The position numbers and the translations under genes are program-made. This document shows positions 1 through 11,711 of a DNA stretch of 35,076 nt, in pieces. This DNA is from Reclinomonas americana ATCC 50394 (taxonomy: Eukaryota). Position 1 is the stretch's first letter; each line of letters opens with the position of its first letter. The stretch spans positions 2,307 to 37,382 of the forward strand of contig PS015606.1 of assembly GCA_048213135.1 (NCBI GenBank). Reading direction: 5' to 3'. The notes beneath the pieces are model-generated. The model had not been told where the DNA came from. It made no database searches and worked only from the letters and a program-made list of their open reading frames with translations.

Positions 1-130
1 CGCGTCCGGATCCGTGAAGCAGGCAAAGCAAAAGAAGCAAACAGTGGTGGTGTGACGTGGTTGAAACACACAAGAGAGCTTGTCATGTTGTTAGTGAGGC
101 TCATATCGGTGGTGGCTGGCGGTGGGCGCA

Positions 131-131
131 G

Positions 132-165
<34 letters not shown>

Positions 166-172
166 CATTGTT
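131..172. repeat. (GTT)n trinucleotide microsatellite
   Basis: About 11 perfect GTT copies from 131, then degenerate. It generates the poly-V/poly-T ORFs in the ORF track. Confidence 0.9.
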
Positions 173-348
173 GTCGCATCAGTGATTTCAAACACTGTGA
201 CAGCCACTGACCGGTGGCCGCACAGTGAGAAAACCAGAGGACTCAGGGTTGAAGACGACGTTGACCACAGACACAATGTTGTTGTTGTCGTCGTCATTAC
301 GAAGCGTTTTGTTGCGTTGTGAAGTTGTTGCTGGCCGCTGCGTTCCAA

Positions 349-598
349 TGCACCTCTCTGCGGTACTCGAAACTTGCTGTTACTCATTAGCAAAGCTACC
401 GCAGTGTGCACGTGTCGGCTTTGTCAAACCCTGTAATCTAGTGTCCGCTTTCAATGCATTGGACCCATTTCCGACAACAGGGTCGCCAACTTAACATCGG
501 CAACGTATCTGCTCACCGCCACAATTCCTCCACTGTGTACCGCACAAAATACGTTTGCTATTGTACGGTGAAGAGCACGACCACCGCGTATACAGTGG
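349..598. ncRNA. Candidate structured non-coding RNA (family not recognised)
   Basis: Complementary segment pairs: 349-353/406-410, 358-365/397-404, 374-379/388-393, 428-434/477-483, 500-510/547-558, 513-525/560-571, 530-539/589-598. No convincing coding frame. Confidence 0.3.
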
Positions 599-799
599 GT
601 TTATTGCTCGCGCGCGCGCAAACGACGGCGCACTGGAGCGCACCACCGACCGTTCACTCACGTGCGAGAGAGCACGCACCATCCCACTCGCCAGGTGAGA
701 TGCGTTGTAATCTTTTCGCACTGCCCTGCTGTGTTCACCAACTCATCATGCGTCCGCATGTGGCTTGCACAGACACACATTGGAGTCGAACACGACAGC

Positions 800-3700
800 A
801 TGAGTGGTGCCGCGGCGCATGAGAACAGCGATGACAGCAGCGACGGTGGTGGAGGAGACTCTTCGGGCGCGCCTCCTTCATTCGCCACTGCGGCAGCGTC
901 TGCCCGTGGAGGCCAAGGTGCGTTCATTTTCTCTTTGCAGTTCATTCTTCTCACTTACTGTACTTGTCTGCGCGATCGTGCAGCAGGCTCCACTCTTCTT
1001 GCCCCCAGCACTCCACTGTCGCACTCTGCCGTGATGCCCGAGTTCACCAGTGTGGTGAGTGGTGACTGCTGCACTGGGTGTCTCTGTGTGTCGTGGCGCC
1101 CGCCTTTTCGCGCCACCAGTGCGCAAAAGTTGTCGGTTGAGAAACTTATTTTTGGGCTGCGACTGCTGCACCTCTCCTCTCCGCCCATGTTGCTGCATAG
1201 GAGGTGGAATACATCGAACCCCGTTCACCTGCCGACATCAAGGCTGCCAGCGGTGGTGCCTCCACCGTGCATCGCACCGCTGTGCCAATTGATGAGCTCG
1301 GTCGTGGAGCCGGTCCGCTTCGCTCTCGCTCCCGCAGCGGCAGTCTGAGTTCGGGCACCTCGACCGGCAACAGCTCGCCGCTGCTGCAGGCTCTCAACCC
1401 GTTTGGAGCCGGCTACGCCACGGCGTCTGCGCCCAACGTATTCGCCGAGCTGCGGCAGGCGATTTCACTGGAACTGCGAGAGTACGACCCCGGTGTCGTG
1501 GCTCGGCAGACCTCAGTGCGCTTGACACCGGAGGAGCGCCTCAGTGTGGCTCGCTGCGCTGGCATTGTTGCGTTGTGTGTCTGCTTGTAACCACAGAGCA
1601 GTGTACTGATACTGCTGCTGCATGCTGCAGCAAGAGCACCTGCTGTCGGTGTTGGCCGTGGCCGAGAAATACGGCACGCGCATTTCTCGTGATCGGGCTG
1701 ACATTCAGGTGCGCAGCGTTCGCGCTTCTTCTTCTCCTTCGCAATACTCGTAGTATTCTGATGGCGCATGCAGGGCTTGACGTCGGCTGAGGCCGCCAAT
1801 CGCCTCGCCGCCAACGGTCCGAATCTGCTTACACCGCCCAAGCGAATCCACCCACTGTTGCGCCTTCTCCGCCGCGCTGTGCTTACATGACAATAATAGC
1901 AAGAATCCTTCTTCACTATCTGCTGCGCACGCAGGGTGTCGTTCCTCAAGTGCTGCACCGATTTGTTCAACCTGCTGCTGCTCGGTGCCGCCGTCATCAG
2001 CTTCCTGTTGATCATCACAGATCCAGGCCTGTCGGACAACGTTTCGCCTCTCACCTGTGATCTGCAAGTTCTCGTTGCACTGAACTTGCGAATTATTACT
2101 GCTGCAGTACATTCTCGGTGGCCTGCTGGTGTTTGTGGTGCTCTTCAATGCCACCATCGACTTTGTGCAACGCCGCAAATCGGAGCGCATCCTCGCTGGC
2201 TTTGCCAACATGCTACCGCCCGAGGCGACCGTAGTTCGCAACGGCGAACAGCAGCGTGTGCCTGCGGCGGGACTCGTCACTGGTGATGTGGTCATGGTGC
2301 GCCCGGGCGACAAGGTTCCGGCGGACATGCGCGTGATTGCCACTCGCGGTCTGAAAGTTCGCCGTCTGTCTTCCTCTTCTTTTTCCGTAGGACTTCGTTG
2401 TTGCGCTAACCCACACGGTGCGTGGAACAGGTAGATCACTCGTCGCTCACGGGTGAAGCTGAGCTGCAGACCCGCACGATTGTGACCATGACCGAGGTCA
2501 ATCCACTGGAGGCGAAGAACATTCTGTTCTACGGCACCAATGTGGTGATGGGAGAGGGTGAAGGTGAGAGTCATCGTCCATCGTGTACATGCTCTCCTTC
2601 ACTGTTGTAGACTGATCACTTGCTGCGCAGGCATCGTGATTCGCACTGGTGACAATACCGTACTCGGCAACATCAACAAGACAGTGTCGTCGGAGAAAGT
2701 GCGCTCGTCGCCAATGACTAGGGTACGCAGCGCAGCAGAGTACATGCACATCTCATACATCATCGTAACATGTATCTGTACCGGTGCAGGAAATCCACTC
2801 CCTGGTAATCAAGATCGGCATCATTGCTGGCATTGTCGCTGTTGTCTTTTTCATCATCGGCATCTTGCTCAGTGAGTAGTGCTTTGAATCCAACAGTTGT
2901 TGCACTGCACTGATTCAGCTGCATTGCAGAGTATTCGATTTCGGTGAACTTCCTCTTCTGTGTCGGCATCATTGTGGCATTGTTGCGTCGAGTCTCTATT
3001 CTGCAGCAGTGTGTGGCCATCCTTCTTCTTCATGGCTTATTGTTGTGCTTTCATGCAGCCTGCCGCAGGGACTGCCCTCCACTGTAATCGTTCAGTCTTT
3101 GTGTGCCACATGTCCCTTCACCACTGCCACCACCACTGTCACCACTGATTACCGCCATCGCAGATGTTGCTGACCATTGCCGCCGCCAACATGGCCAAGA
3201 AGAATGTGTTGGTGAAGAGCCTGCATGCTGTCGACACCCTCGGTGAGATCAATCAGTAGAGTGTTGCAGACTAATCACTGCTGATATGTGTGCATCCTCT
3301 CCACCACACAGGTGCCGTGACACTGCTGGCCTCCGACAAGACAGGTAAATGCGTGTGAAGAGTGGTAATGCGTCTCAGCGGCATGCTCATCCACTGCTGG
3401 CAGGCACACTGACGCAGAATCGCATGACTGTTGTCAATGCGTGGATCGACAACACAATGTACCGCGTTGTCCCTCCTGGACTGGAGGCGCCGCCTGGCGC
3501 AGTCCACATCTTCAGTCGCGAGTCGCCGAGCTCCGTGACGTTGGTGGAGGCCGCTCTGCTTTGCAATCGGTGAGTGCCGACGACCATCGATGGCGTGTCA
3601 GAAAAATGCTGACTGTTGTTGTAATTTCATGGCGGCAGTGCTCGTTGGGCACCAGTGGCGGACAGTGACGTGTCTGCTGTGGGTGGTATTCGCGAGCGTG

Positions 3701-6435
3701 CCATCCTCGGTGATGCAACAGACACGGGTCTCTTCCGCTTTGCCATCAACAACATGGAGTCGGAGGCCGAGGAACTGGAGGTGCTGCTCTGCATTCAGTG
3801 ATCGCATTGGTGACACAGTCGGTTTCATCGCTGACTCTCTGTTGTGCAGATACAACGTCGGTGCAAGCGTATCTTCGAGGTGCCATTCAGCTCGGAGACT
3901 AAGACGCACCTCATCATTGTGGATCGCGTTGACGACGGACGCCTGTTGATTATCAAGGTCGGTGCTCATTAGCAGTCCAGCAGCAATCAGTGCTGCCGCT
4001 ATCCTAACACTCATGTACGCATGCATGCAGGGAGCTCCCGAGCGTGTTCTTCGACGCTGCTCTCGCGCTCGTTTCAACGGTGGAGCAGAAGTTGACTTGG
4101 ACGATGCAGTGGCGGAGAATTTTGATCGTGCCTATCGCAACATGGCGAACCAGGGCCAGCGTGTTCTGGCGTTTGCCATGTTGCAGCTGTCGGGCGAGAT
4201 GGCGTCGGCAGACTGTCAGTTCACTCTTGACCCGCCGAACTACCCCGAGGTGAGTGGTCACTGCTATTCCATCAGAGGAGACTTGAGAATGATGAGTCTG
4301 ACTGAAAACATTGGTGTGTTCCACAGGATTCCTACGTGTTCCTTGGCCTTATCGGACTGGAAGTGAGTTACCTGGTTATCAAGGCACTTGCGCACTCGAT
4401 CTCTCACACGACTGCACAGGATCCACCCAAGCCAGGCGTTGCGGCCGCAGTGGAGACTGTTGCGTTGTCAAACAAACACAATGCATCAGTCATCGTCCAA
4501 CCTCAGCGCTCATTTAGTTTCCCACGCGTAGTGCCGTCGTGCCGGCATCCGCGTCATGATGGTGACTGGTGACCATCCGCTCACGGCGGAGGCCATTGGT
4601 CGCCAGGTCGGCATCATTCGCGGTTTGAAGCGAGAGGATGTGGCACGCACCCGCAACGTACCGGAGGAAGAAGTCCCCGAAGATGGCTACGACGCCGTGG
4701 TCATTCACGGCGACAAGATCGACACGCTCACCGACCACACCTGGCACAGTATCCTCAGCAAGTCGGAGGTCATCTTTGCCCGGTAAGTGTGAACAAACAC
4801 GAACATAATTGTTTCCAGTTTTTTCTCACACCTCCTTGTGTGCAGAACGTCGCCGGCGCACAAGCTGGAGATTGTCAAGCGTGCGCAGGAGTGGGGCCAT
4901 GTGGTTGGCGTCACTGGCGATGGTGTGAACGACTCACCAGCACTGAAAAAGGCCGACCTCGGCATCTCCATGGGCATCTCCGGCAGCGACGTGTCGAAGG
5001 AGGCCGCCTCCATGATCCTCATGGACGATAACTTTGCCACGGTGACCTTTGGCATTGCGGAAGGTAACGGAGCTGCAGATCGCGTACACATACATGTTTG
5101 CATGCATGCACCGGTACCGACACAAGCGTACACACGCAGGTCGCCTCATTTTCGAGAACCTGAAAAAGTCGATCAACTACACGCTGACCCACATCATCCC
5201 CGAGCTCATCGCCTTCCTCCTCTTCATCGCGTTTGCTCTTCCGCTTCCACTGTCGTCCTTGCTGGTGCTGTTCATCGATCTCGGCTCCGAATTGTGCCCA
5301 GGTCTGATCGTGAAGCATGCATCATGTTTGCAGTCAATTGTCATGTGTTCGCTTACCGTTGACACTCGCGTGTGCAGCTCTGTCGTTTGCGTTTGAGCCG
5401 CCGGAGGGCGAGCTGATGATCAAGTGCGTGGTGCTTGGATATTACTGTCTGTGTGGCTGATGTCTTGTATCATTCCTCATTCAAATACACCACCACCAGG
5501 CTGCCCCGCCGTCGAGTGGTTCCGCCGCCGGCGCCAGCGAGAGTGATCGAGCCTGGACGCTCGTTTGACGTCGAAGGTGGCCATCCCTCGGGAGGCTCTC
5601 CTGCCCTGCGTGCTGCAGGTGGTGGCGTGCAGCCGGCGCCCCCACCGCTCGTGGTGTTGTCGCGCATGGCCAGCTATCAGGCGCCACCCACGTTGCCAAA
5701 AATCGATCCGGTCGACATGCGATCCAGCGACGAGCGGCTGGTGGACACCAAGCTGCTGATCAACGCGTACTTGCAGATGGGCTTGTTTGAGACGCTCGGT
5801 TGTCTGGTGGTGTACTTTGTCGTGTTCTGGATTCACGGCATCAAGTCGGTCAAGGCGCTGTTCTTCACCGCCCAAGACTACTTTGCGTCCACCACGACAC
5901 TTGACTTTGTGTTTGAGGATCGCTCTTACGTTGCGCCGCCTTGCTGTTGCTTATCATGCGAACTGTATCATGCATGATCAGTCTCGATTCCACTCACCGC
6001 CAGTGATGTTAACAGTCTCCCGACGAGCAGCGCTGGATTCTGGCCTCGGCACAGTCGGCATACTACTTGACCCTCATCATGATGCAGTGGGCCAACATGT
6101 TTCTCTGCAAGGCGCGCTACGGCACCATCTCGCGTTCGGCATTCAAGTGAGCACACTTCCCACAAGACTGTTAACAAGCGCGTTTCCTCATTTCCCTTCA
6201 CTCGCACAGGAACCGCATGACGTACATCGGCATTGTCGTGTCCATTATTGTGGGCGTTATCATCGTGTACATGCCAGGCATCCAGCTGGTGGTCAAGTCG
6301 CAAATCGTATTCCCGCCGGTGCTCATCGGCTGCCTTCCGGTCATGGCAGTCATGATTCTGTACGATCAAGTCCGCAAGTGGGTCGTCGTTCGCACGGGCA
6401 TTCGCGGGTGTGCTGCCGAGTACTGGAGCTGGTGA
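800..6435 (+). CDS. P-type ATPase, Na+/K+ (P2C)-like alpha subunit, about 26 GT-AG introns
   Basis: Spliced exons give [42 protein letters not shown] (TGE), [16 protein letters not shown] (phosphorylation site, split by an intron at ~3344), [60 protein letters not shown] and IDLGSE. Stop at 6433-6435 after EYWSW. The ATG at 800 is inferred. Confidence 0.95.
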
Positions 6436-6653
6436 CCTGCTGTCAAGCATGCTCTCTTGTGCTCCACTCGAGAGTCTTCTTCTGTTTTCTGTATCCATGT
6501 TCTTCACCTCCCCTACGTACGCGCTCGATCTGCTCGATCAACGCCATTGAAGTGCGAAGCGCCTTGCTGATACTACACACATCACCTGGCTTCACGTTAA
6601 CAATGTGTTGTGGCTCTAAATTGCCCATGCAGTCGCGTTTGCGCCTGCTTGCG

Positions 6654-8146
6654 TCACCCGAATCCGCAGAGGCGAAAAAACAGCAGCATTCGAGCGTGCT
6701 CCTCCAGAAAGCACCGCAGCACCAGCAGTGGAAGTGGCTCCCACTCACTCTCCTCATCGTCAATCTCTCGCAGCGCCAGTTGTGCATTGCACACATCATC
6801 CACTTCGCGTTGCGCGTCTCTCGTCATGCTCCAATAGTCAGCTGCGCACGCGCCAAGCAAGTTCGTGAGAAGGTCACGTGTGCCACCATCCGTTTTGCCC
6901 CCCAACCCACTTGCCTGCGTTCCACACACGAATGCTGCCGTCCTCTGCACAGCTCACGACGCGACCGTCGTGGAGAAAACGGGCGCCGCTTACCGGCATT
7001 TTGTGACCGACGAGTACCGCCACGCATTTCCGAGAGCGGATTCGTGTCACTCGCACTGTATTGTCTTTGCATACACCACTGTCAGCCACGTGCACTTTGT
7101 GGGTCGGACATCGTGTGTCACTCACCGGCACCTCCACTGAGCAAGAACTCGCCGTCGGCGCTGAAGCACAGACTGCGGATGGTACGTGAGTGGATGGTGA
7201 ACTGTCGCAGTTGGTGACGACCATCGGGGCTCCACACACTGATGCGACCATTGCCATACGACACGGCCAGTGCGGTACCATCGAGTGACGATGCCAGCGA
7301 ACACACTGGCAGACCGAGCTCGATTTCATGTTCGCACTCTCCCGTGTCGATGCGCCACCATCGCAGCATGTGATCTTCCGATCCGCTCACAACCCACTCG
7401 CCGCCACCACCACCGCCACCGCCGCCGTGCTTCTGGTGGGCCACCACCATTGCCAGCGACGTGACAGGCCCGGCGCTACTGAGGCGCAGCAGACACTGCC
7501 CTGTGGCCACATCCCAGACACGGAGCGAGCTTACACAACCACCGCTCACCAGCAGCGCACTCGTAGACACAAAGAGCAGGGAGTTCACCGCTCGCTCCTG
7601 TTGCAGTTCACCAGATTTCCACTGCAGGAAAGCCTTTCCCCACTCTGCATCCGCTGTTGATCTTCTCCACAGCTGCACGGTGGACGAGTCGCGAGTGTCG
7701 CGAGCCGCCACTGCCAACAGAGTCGGGTCGACTGCCGATAGGGCGACTGCGTTGACTGGCCACGACCAGTGCCGGAGTGTCGTCAGCAGCGACATGGTGT
7801 TGGCGTCGAGCACACAAACGCAGCCTTCGTGTGACGCCGTCACAATCACCTGCGCGCAGAGATGATCAAGGAAGAGCACGCAGCAAGTGATGCCCATCTT
7901 TCTTGTTACCTGCGACAAAGTGTCTGGCCAGGTCGACAGGGCGAGGCACTGTAGATTGCCGGCACTGTCGGTGATCACCGTGTGATCCTCACTCATGGCG
8001 GCGTCTGGCGAGTGTGACAGCAGCTCCGCTGGCGGCCATGGTGGTGGTTTTGGCGGCGGAGGCGCCGTTATCAACACAGGCTGCTGTTGCTGCTGCTGCG
8101 GTTGCAGAGGTGGCGGAGGTGGATGTCGAGAGGGCTTGTTCCCCAT
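6654..8146 (-). CDS. WD40-repeat protein with Pro/Gln-rich N-terminus (MGNKPS..., possible N-myristoylation), about 3 introns
   Basis: Repeats such as SGGCVSSLRVWD, SGSEDHMLRWWR, HSRTIRSLCFSADGEFLLSGG and GHKMPVSGARFLHDGRVVSCAEDGSIRVWN. The 3' end depends on a GC-AG intron at 6914-6842. Confidence 0.85.
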
Positions 8147-8511
8147 CCACGCCCGCGGGCCTGGCCACGCGCAAAAGCTGCTTGCTGCGTTCTTGTCCCA
8201 CAGAAATGCAAAGGCATCGTCGGCGTACACACGAGTACACGACAGGAGACTCACTGCACAGATGTCTCCTGGTCGGCTTGGGTGACGACAGCGTCGTGCA
8301 CGGGAATGCGAGACAGGCGACGTCGACACCTTCGCGATGGATATCAGACTGAATTGACGCACCACTCGCACCCACTTGCACCAACTGCCTTTTGCCTGAT
8401 TACACAGTACCCAACACTGTTGCGTGGCAGCTGCCAAAACATCGACAGACGGCTGTCAAAACACGACATGACGCAGCGACCGGACGAACACACACACCTT
8501 TACACTCCTCC

Positions 8512-11229
8512 ATGGAGCCACGGCGACGACCATTGGACACCGCGCCCGATCCTGATGTGGACGACGATGCCACCGCAGAGGAAGCCGCGTGCATGCGAGT
8601 GCCTAGCGTTCGCGGCTCGTGGGACTTGATTGGCGGAACTCCCCATCCGACGCCCACCGAGGAGGAGGATGCGGATTCAGAAGACGACGAGGCGCATGGG
8701 AGCTCCTCTCTGCGCGCTTCTCTCTCCGCCCCCGTGTACCGCTCCTCCCCTCCTGCGTGGTCGCCGTCCGCCTCCACCGCCACCGCAGTGGCGGCCGCCT
8801 CAGAGGCCGGCTTGGAGCTGCTGCCACCGCCACAAGTGCCCGGTGTGGTGCTGGAGGCGTACCAGGAGCAGAAGGGCCCGACGCACTACAACATGGCGAC
8901 GTCGAGTCGCGAGCGCGCAGCGGCGCAGATCAATGGCGTGCAGGAGTATGTTGTGTTGCCGCACCACACGCCAGGTGAGTGTGTGCGTGTGTGTGAGATT
9001 GTTCGGGCACTTTTTTTCTGGCAGCGACTTGCATTAACGAGTGCGCGTGCTTGTGTAGCGTGGCCGCGCATCGACGAGTTGCTAAGCAGAACCATCACGG
9101 ATGAGGCTGGCCTGCGTGTGCGTGCTGTGTGCTGCGTGTTTCTTGTCCGCCGGGTTCCATTGGTCAATATCTCTCTGTGTGTGTTGTGGCAGGCGTTTTA
9201 CCGTGAGCTGGATCCATCGTTGGCCTATGTGGGCGAGACGCTTGCCGAGTTTGTGAGCACGCAGATGACGGAGGAGGTTAGTGGCGTGTGTGTGCGTGTG
9301 TGTGTGTGTTCGGTGTCGTGTGTGAGCGACTGTGCATGACCACTCTTCCTGTCGTCGGCTTCTGCCAGGAACGTGAAACCTTCTATCATGGTACACTGAA
9401 GAGCATGATGGATTACGCGCGAGGCGGTCCGCTTCTCCTCCCGGCACACTTGCCGGTGCTGAGCATTGGGCGTGGTGCGATTGGCTGTTCCGTTGCAATG
9501 CTTCTTCCGCCCCCTCGCTCACTCGATGTGCCTGGGCGACGCAGATGTGGCCGTGACCATCTCGCAGCATCAGGCCGCCTGTCTGGTGGCGCAAATGGTG
9601 TTGTGTATCGCCAAGTTCGGGGACGTGCATCTGACAACATCGACTCGATATCCGAATTCTGGCATGCCAAGCCGCACGTTTGAGCGTCTCTTTGGTGGTG
9701 CGTGGTGCATGTGACACTCCGATCGGGAGCAAGAGAAAGAGACCGCGAGTTTAGTTCGCTCACCGTGCTTTGTGTACATGTGTGGCAGACGAGCTTCGAG
9801 GGTCGCGCGCCGGAAAGCTGCGTTGCCTGTTCAACTACTTTCTCCGCATCGTGGATCACGGTTGCGTTTGTTTGTTCTCTCTCTCTCTCTCTCACATACG
9901 CCGACAATGCCCACTAAGAACTCGCCCTGTTGTCCGCCACTTCTCAGTGTCCACTGGCAATCTCACATTCCACCGTCACGTGCTGCGTCCGGACGACGTT
10001 GTTGACTGGACTGCGTGTGAGACGCCAATGTTGCCAATGTGTGCCGTTTCTGATAGTATCGCGATCGAGGACTGCGAGCCTCCATGTCTGATGTGCGACT
10101 TTGCGAACCGCTACATTGGCGGTGGCGTGACTGGCGGGGTGCGTAAGAATGAGTGCTCTCACCCCACTTTTTGCGTTAAAGTAACTGTGGCGATTGCAGG
10201 GTTCCGTACAAGAGGAGATCACGTTTGTCATCAAGCCGGAGCTGCTTGTCGCGCTGTTGCTTGCGCCCACAATGCAGGAGAACGAGACGATCACAATGGT
10301 GTGCTTATCATGATTGTCTCAGCACGCGTGCGCATGTCTGAGAGAGTGCTGCTCACTCGCGCATATGACAGTACGGCGCCGAGCGCTACTCAAAATACCG
10401 CGGCTACGCGGCATCGTTTGAGTTTGCCGGCGATTTTGTGGACCCGGATGTGGGGACGTGAGTTATTCTTTCCGAAAAATGCATCATGTCTTCTTGTGTA
10501 TTTGCGGGTTCTGAGCGATCGATACGCACAGCGATACGTGCGGTCGTCGTCGCAGCTGGGTGGTGGCCATGGACGCATCGATGAATGCCCGAGGCAGTAC
10601 GGCACAGTTCCGCTACAAGAACATTCTTCGCGATCTCAACAAGGCCTACTGTGCCTTCCGTGTCGACCGATTGTTGGACACTGACGATCGGTTGACAGCC
10701 ATTGCCACTGGCAACTGGGGTACAGGCGTGTTTGGTGGCGACAAGGATCTCCGTTGTTTGCAGCAGTGGATGGCGGCGTCTCTCGCAGCTCGTCACGTTG
10801 CGTGCTTGTGTGTGAGGTTCATGTTTCGGTCGATTGGCAAGCAACTGATGTGCATGTGTGCAGTTGCGGTTCTGCACGTTTGGTGATCGCAACCTGGCAC
10901 TGCGTGTCGCCGAACTCGACCACGTGCTGCGCACCACCGAGGTGCACGTCAGCGTCAGTTGCGTGGCCATCTTGCTCTCTCTCGGTGCTTCGAATCTTCT
11001 CTCTCTCTCACACACACGCGCAGTGGAGGTTATCCGGTATCTGCACGACTACAAGGACTACCTCAAGCACTTCACCAAGGAGGCGGACAGACGGTCTGTG
11101 AAGCTGACCGAGGAGATGATGGAGGAGCACTACGGGAAGCACTTTTGCCCGGCAGTCGAGTACGTACGTCGGCGCATTACTGGACAGGCACTGTACACTG
11201 GCAACCCCAGTCGCTGCAGCACCATGTGA
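8512..11229 (+). CDS. PARG: Poly(ADP-ribose) glycohydrolase, canonical macrodomain PARG, about 11 introns
   Basis: Spliced catalytic signature DFANRYIGGGVTGG|GSVQEEITFVIKPE (GGG-x-QEE), plus KLRCLFNYF, GAERYSKYRGYA, VVAMDA, RDLNKAYCAF, ATGNWGTGVFGGD and QWMAAS. Confidence 0.93.
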
Positions 11230-11711
11230 CGCCGTCGAAGCAGCAAACAGCAGCACAGCTGCACGAACCCACGACAACACCAGACGGCGTTGGCTGGAGT
11301 TGCTGAAGTCTTGTGGGGCCCATGCTGCTGCTGCTGGTTGTGGGCGGTCGCCTCGGTCAGTGCGACGCGCATGGCGCTGCTGCTTCATTTCATGTGTGTG
11401 TGCGTGTGTATACGTGTTTGTGCTGGTAAACTTGGTGTGTATCAAACCGCATTCGATATTGTTTGGCAATGTCGTGCGCCGAAGATGGAAACCTCTCATT
11501 CGATCATCACACTTTATTCCTTTCTTCCTGACTCACTTACTCACTCCCCTCTCTCCCTCTCGACTTCCCATCCTCTTGCCTCTTCTTTGTCTCCGATCCC
11601 AAGAATGGGGGAAAACAATTTTGGGCCCGGTTGACCGTTGAAGCGGACGGACGAAAAGGAAAAATTGGCACTTTTCGGGAGAGAGAGAGAGGAAGAACGA
11701 CCACACACACC

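Noticed and set aside
91-411. Short ORFs with poly-V/poly-T on both strands
   Set aside because: They are explained by the GTT microsatellite and show no recognisable domain.
349-598. Assigning the structured region to U1/U2/U4/U5/U6, U3, SRP, RNase P/MRP or a TPP riboswitch
   Set aside because: By eye I could not find their diagnostic motifs (ACTTACCTG, GCCTTTTAC, ACAGAGA in U6 context, P4 motifs), so it is left unassigned.
5787-7217. 476-aa + strand ORF and similar long shadow ORFs (e.g. 15124-17211, 31306-32424)
   Set aside because: They are off-frame or antisense to well-supported spliced genes in GC-rich DNA, or are inflated by N-gaps.
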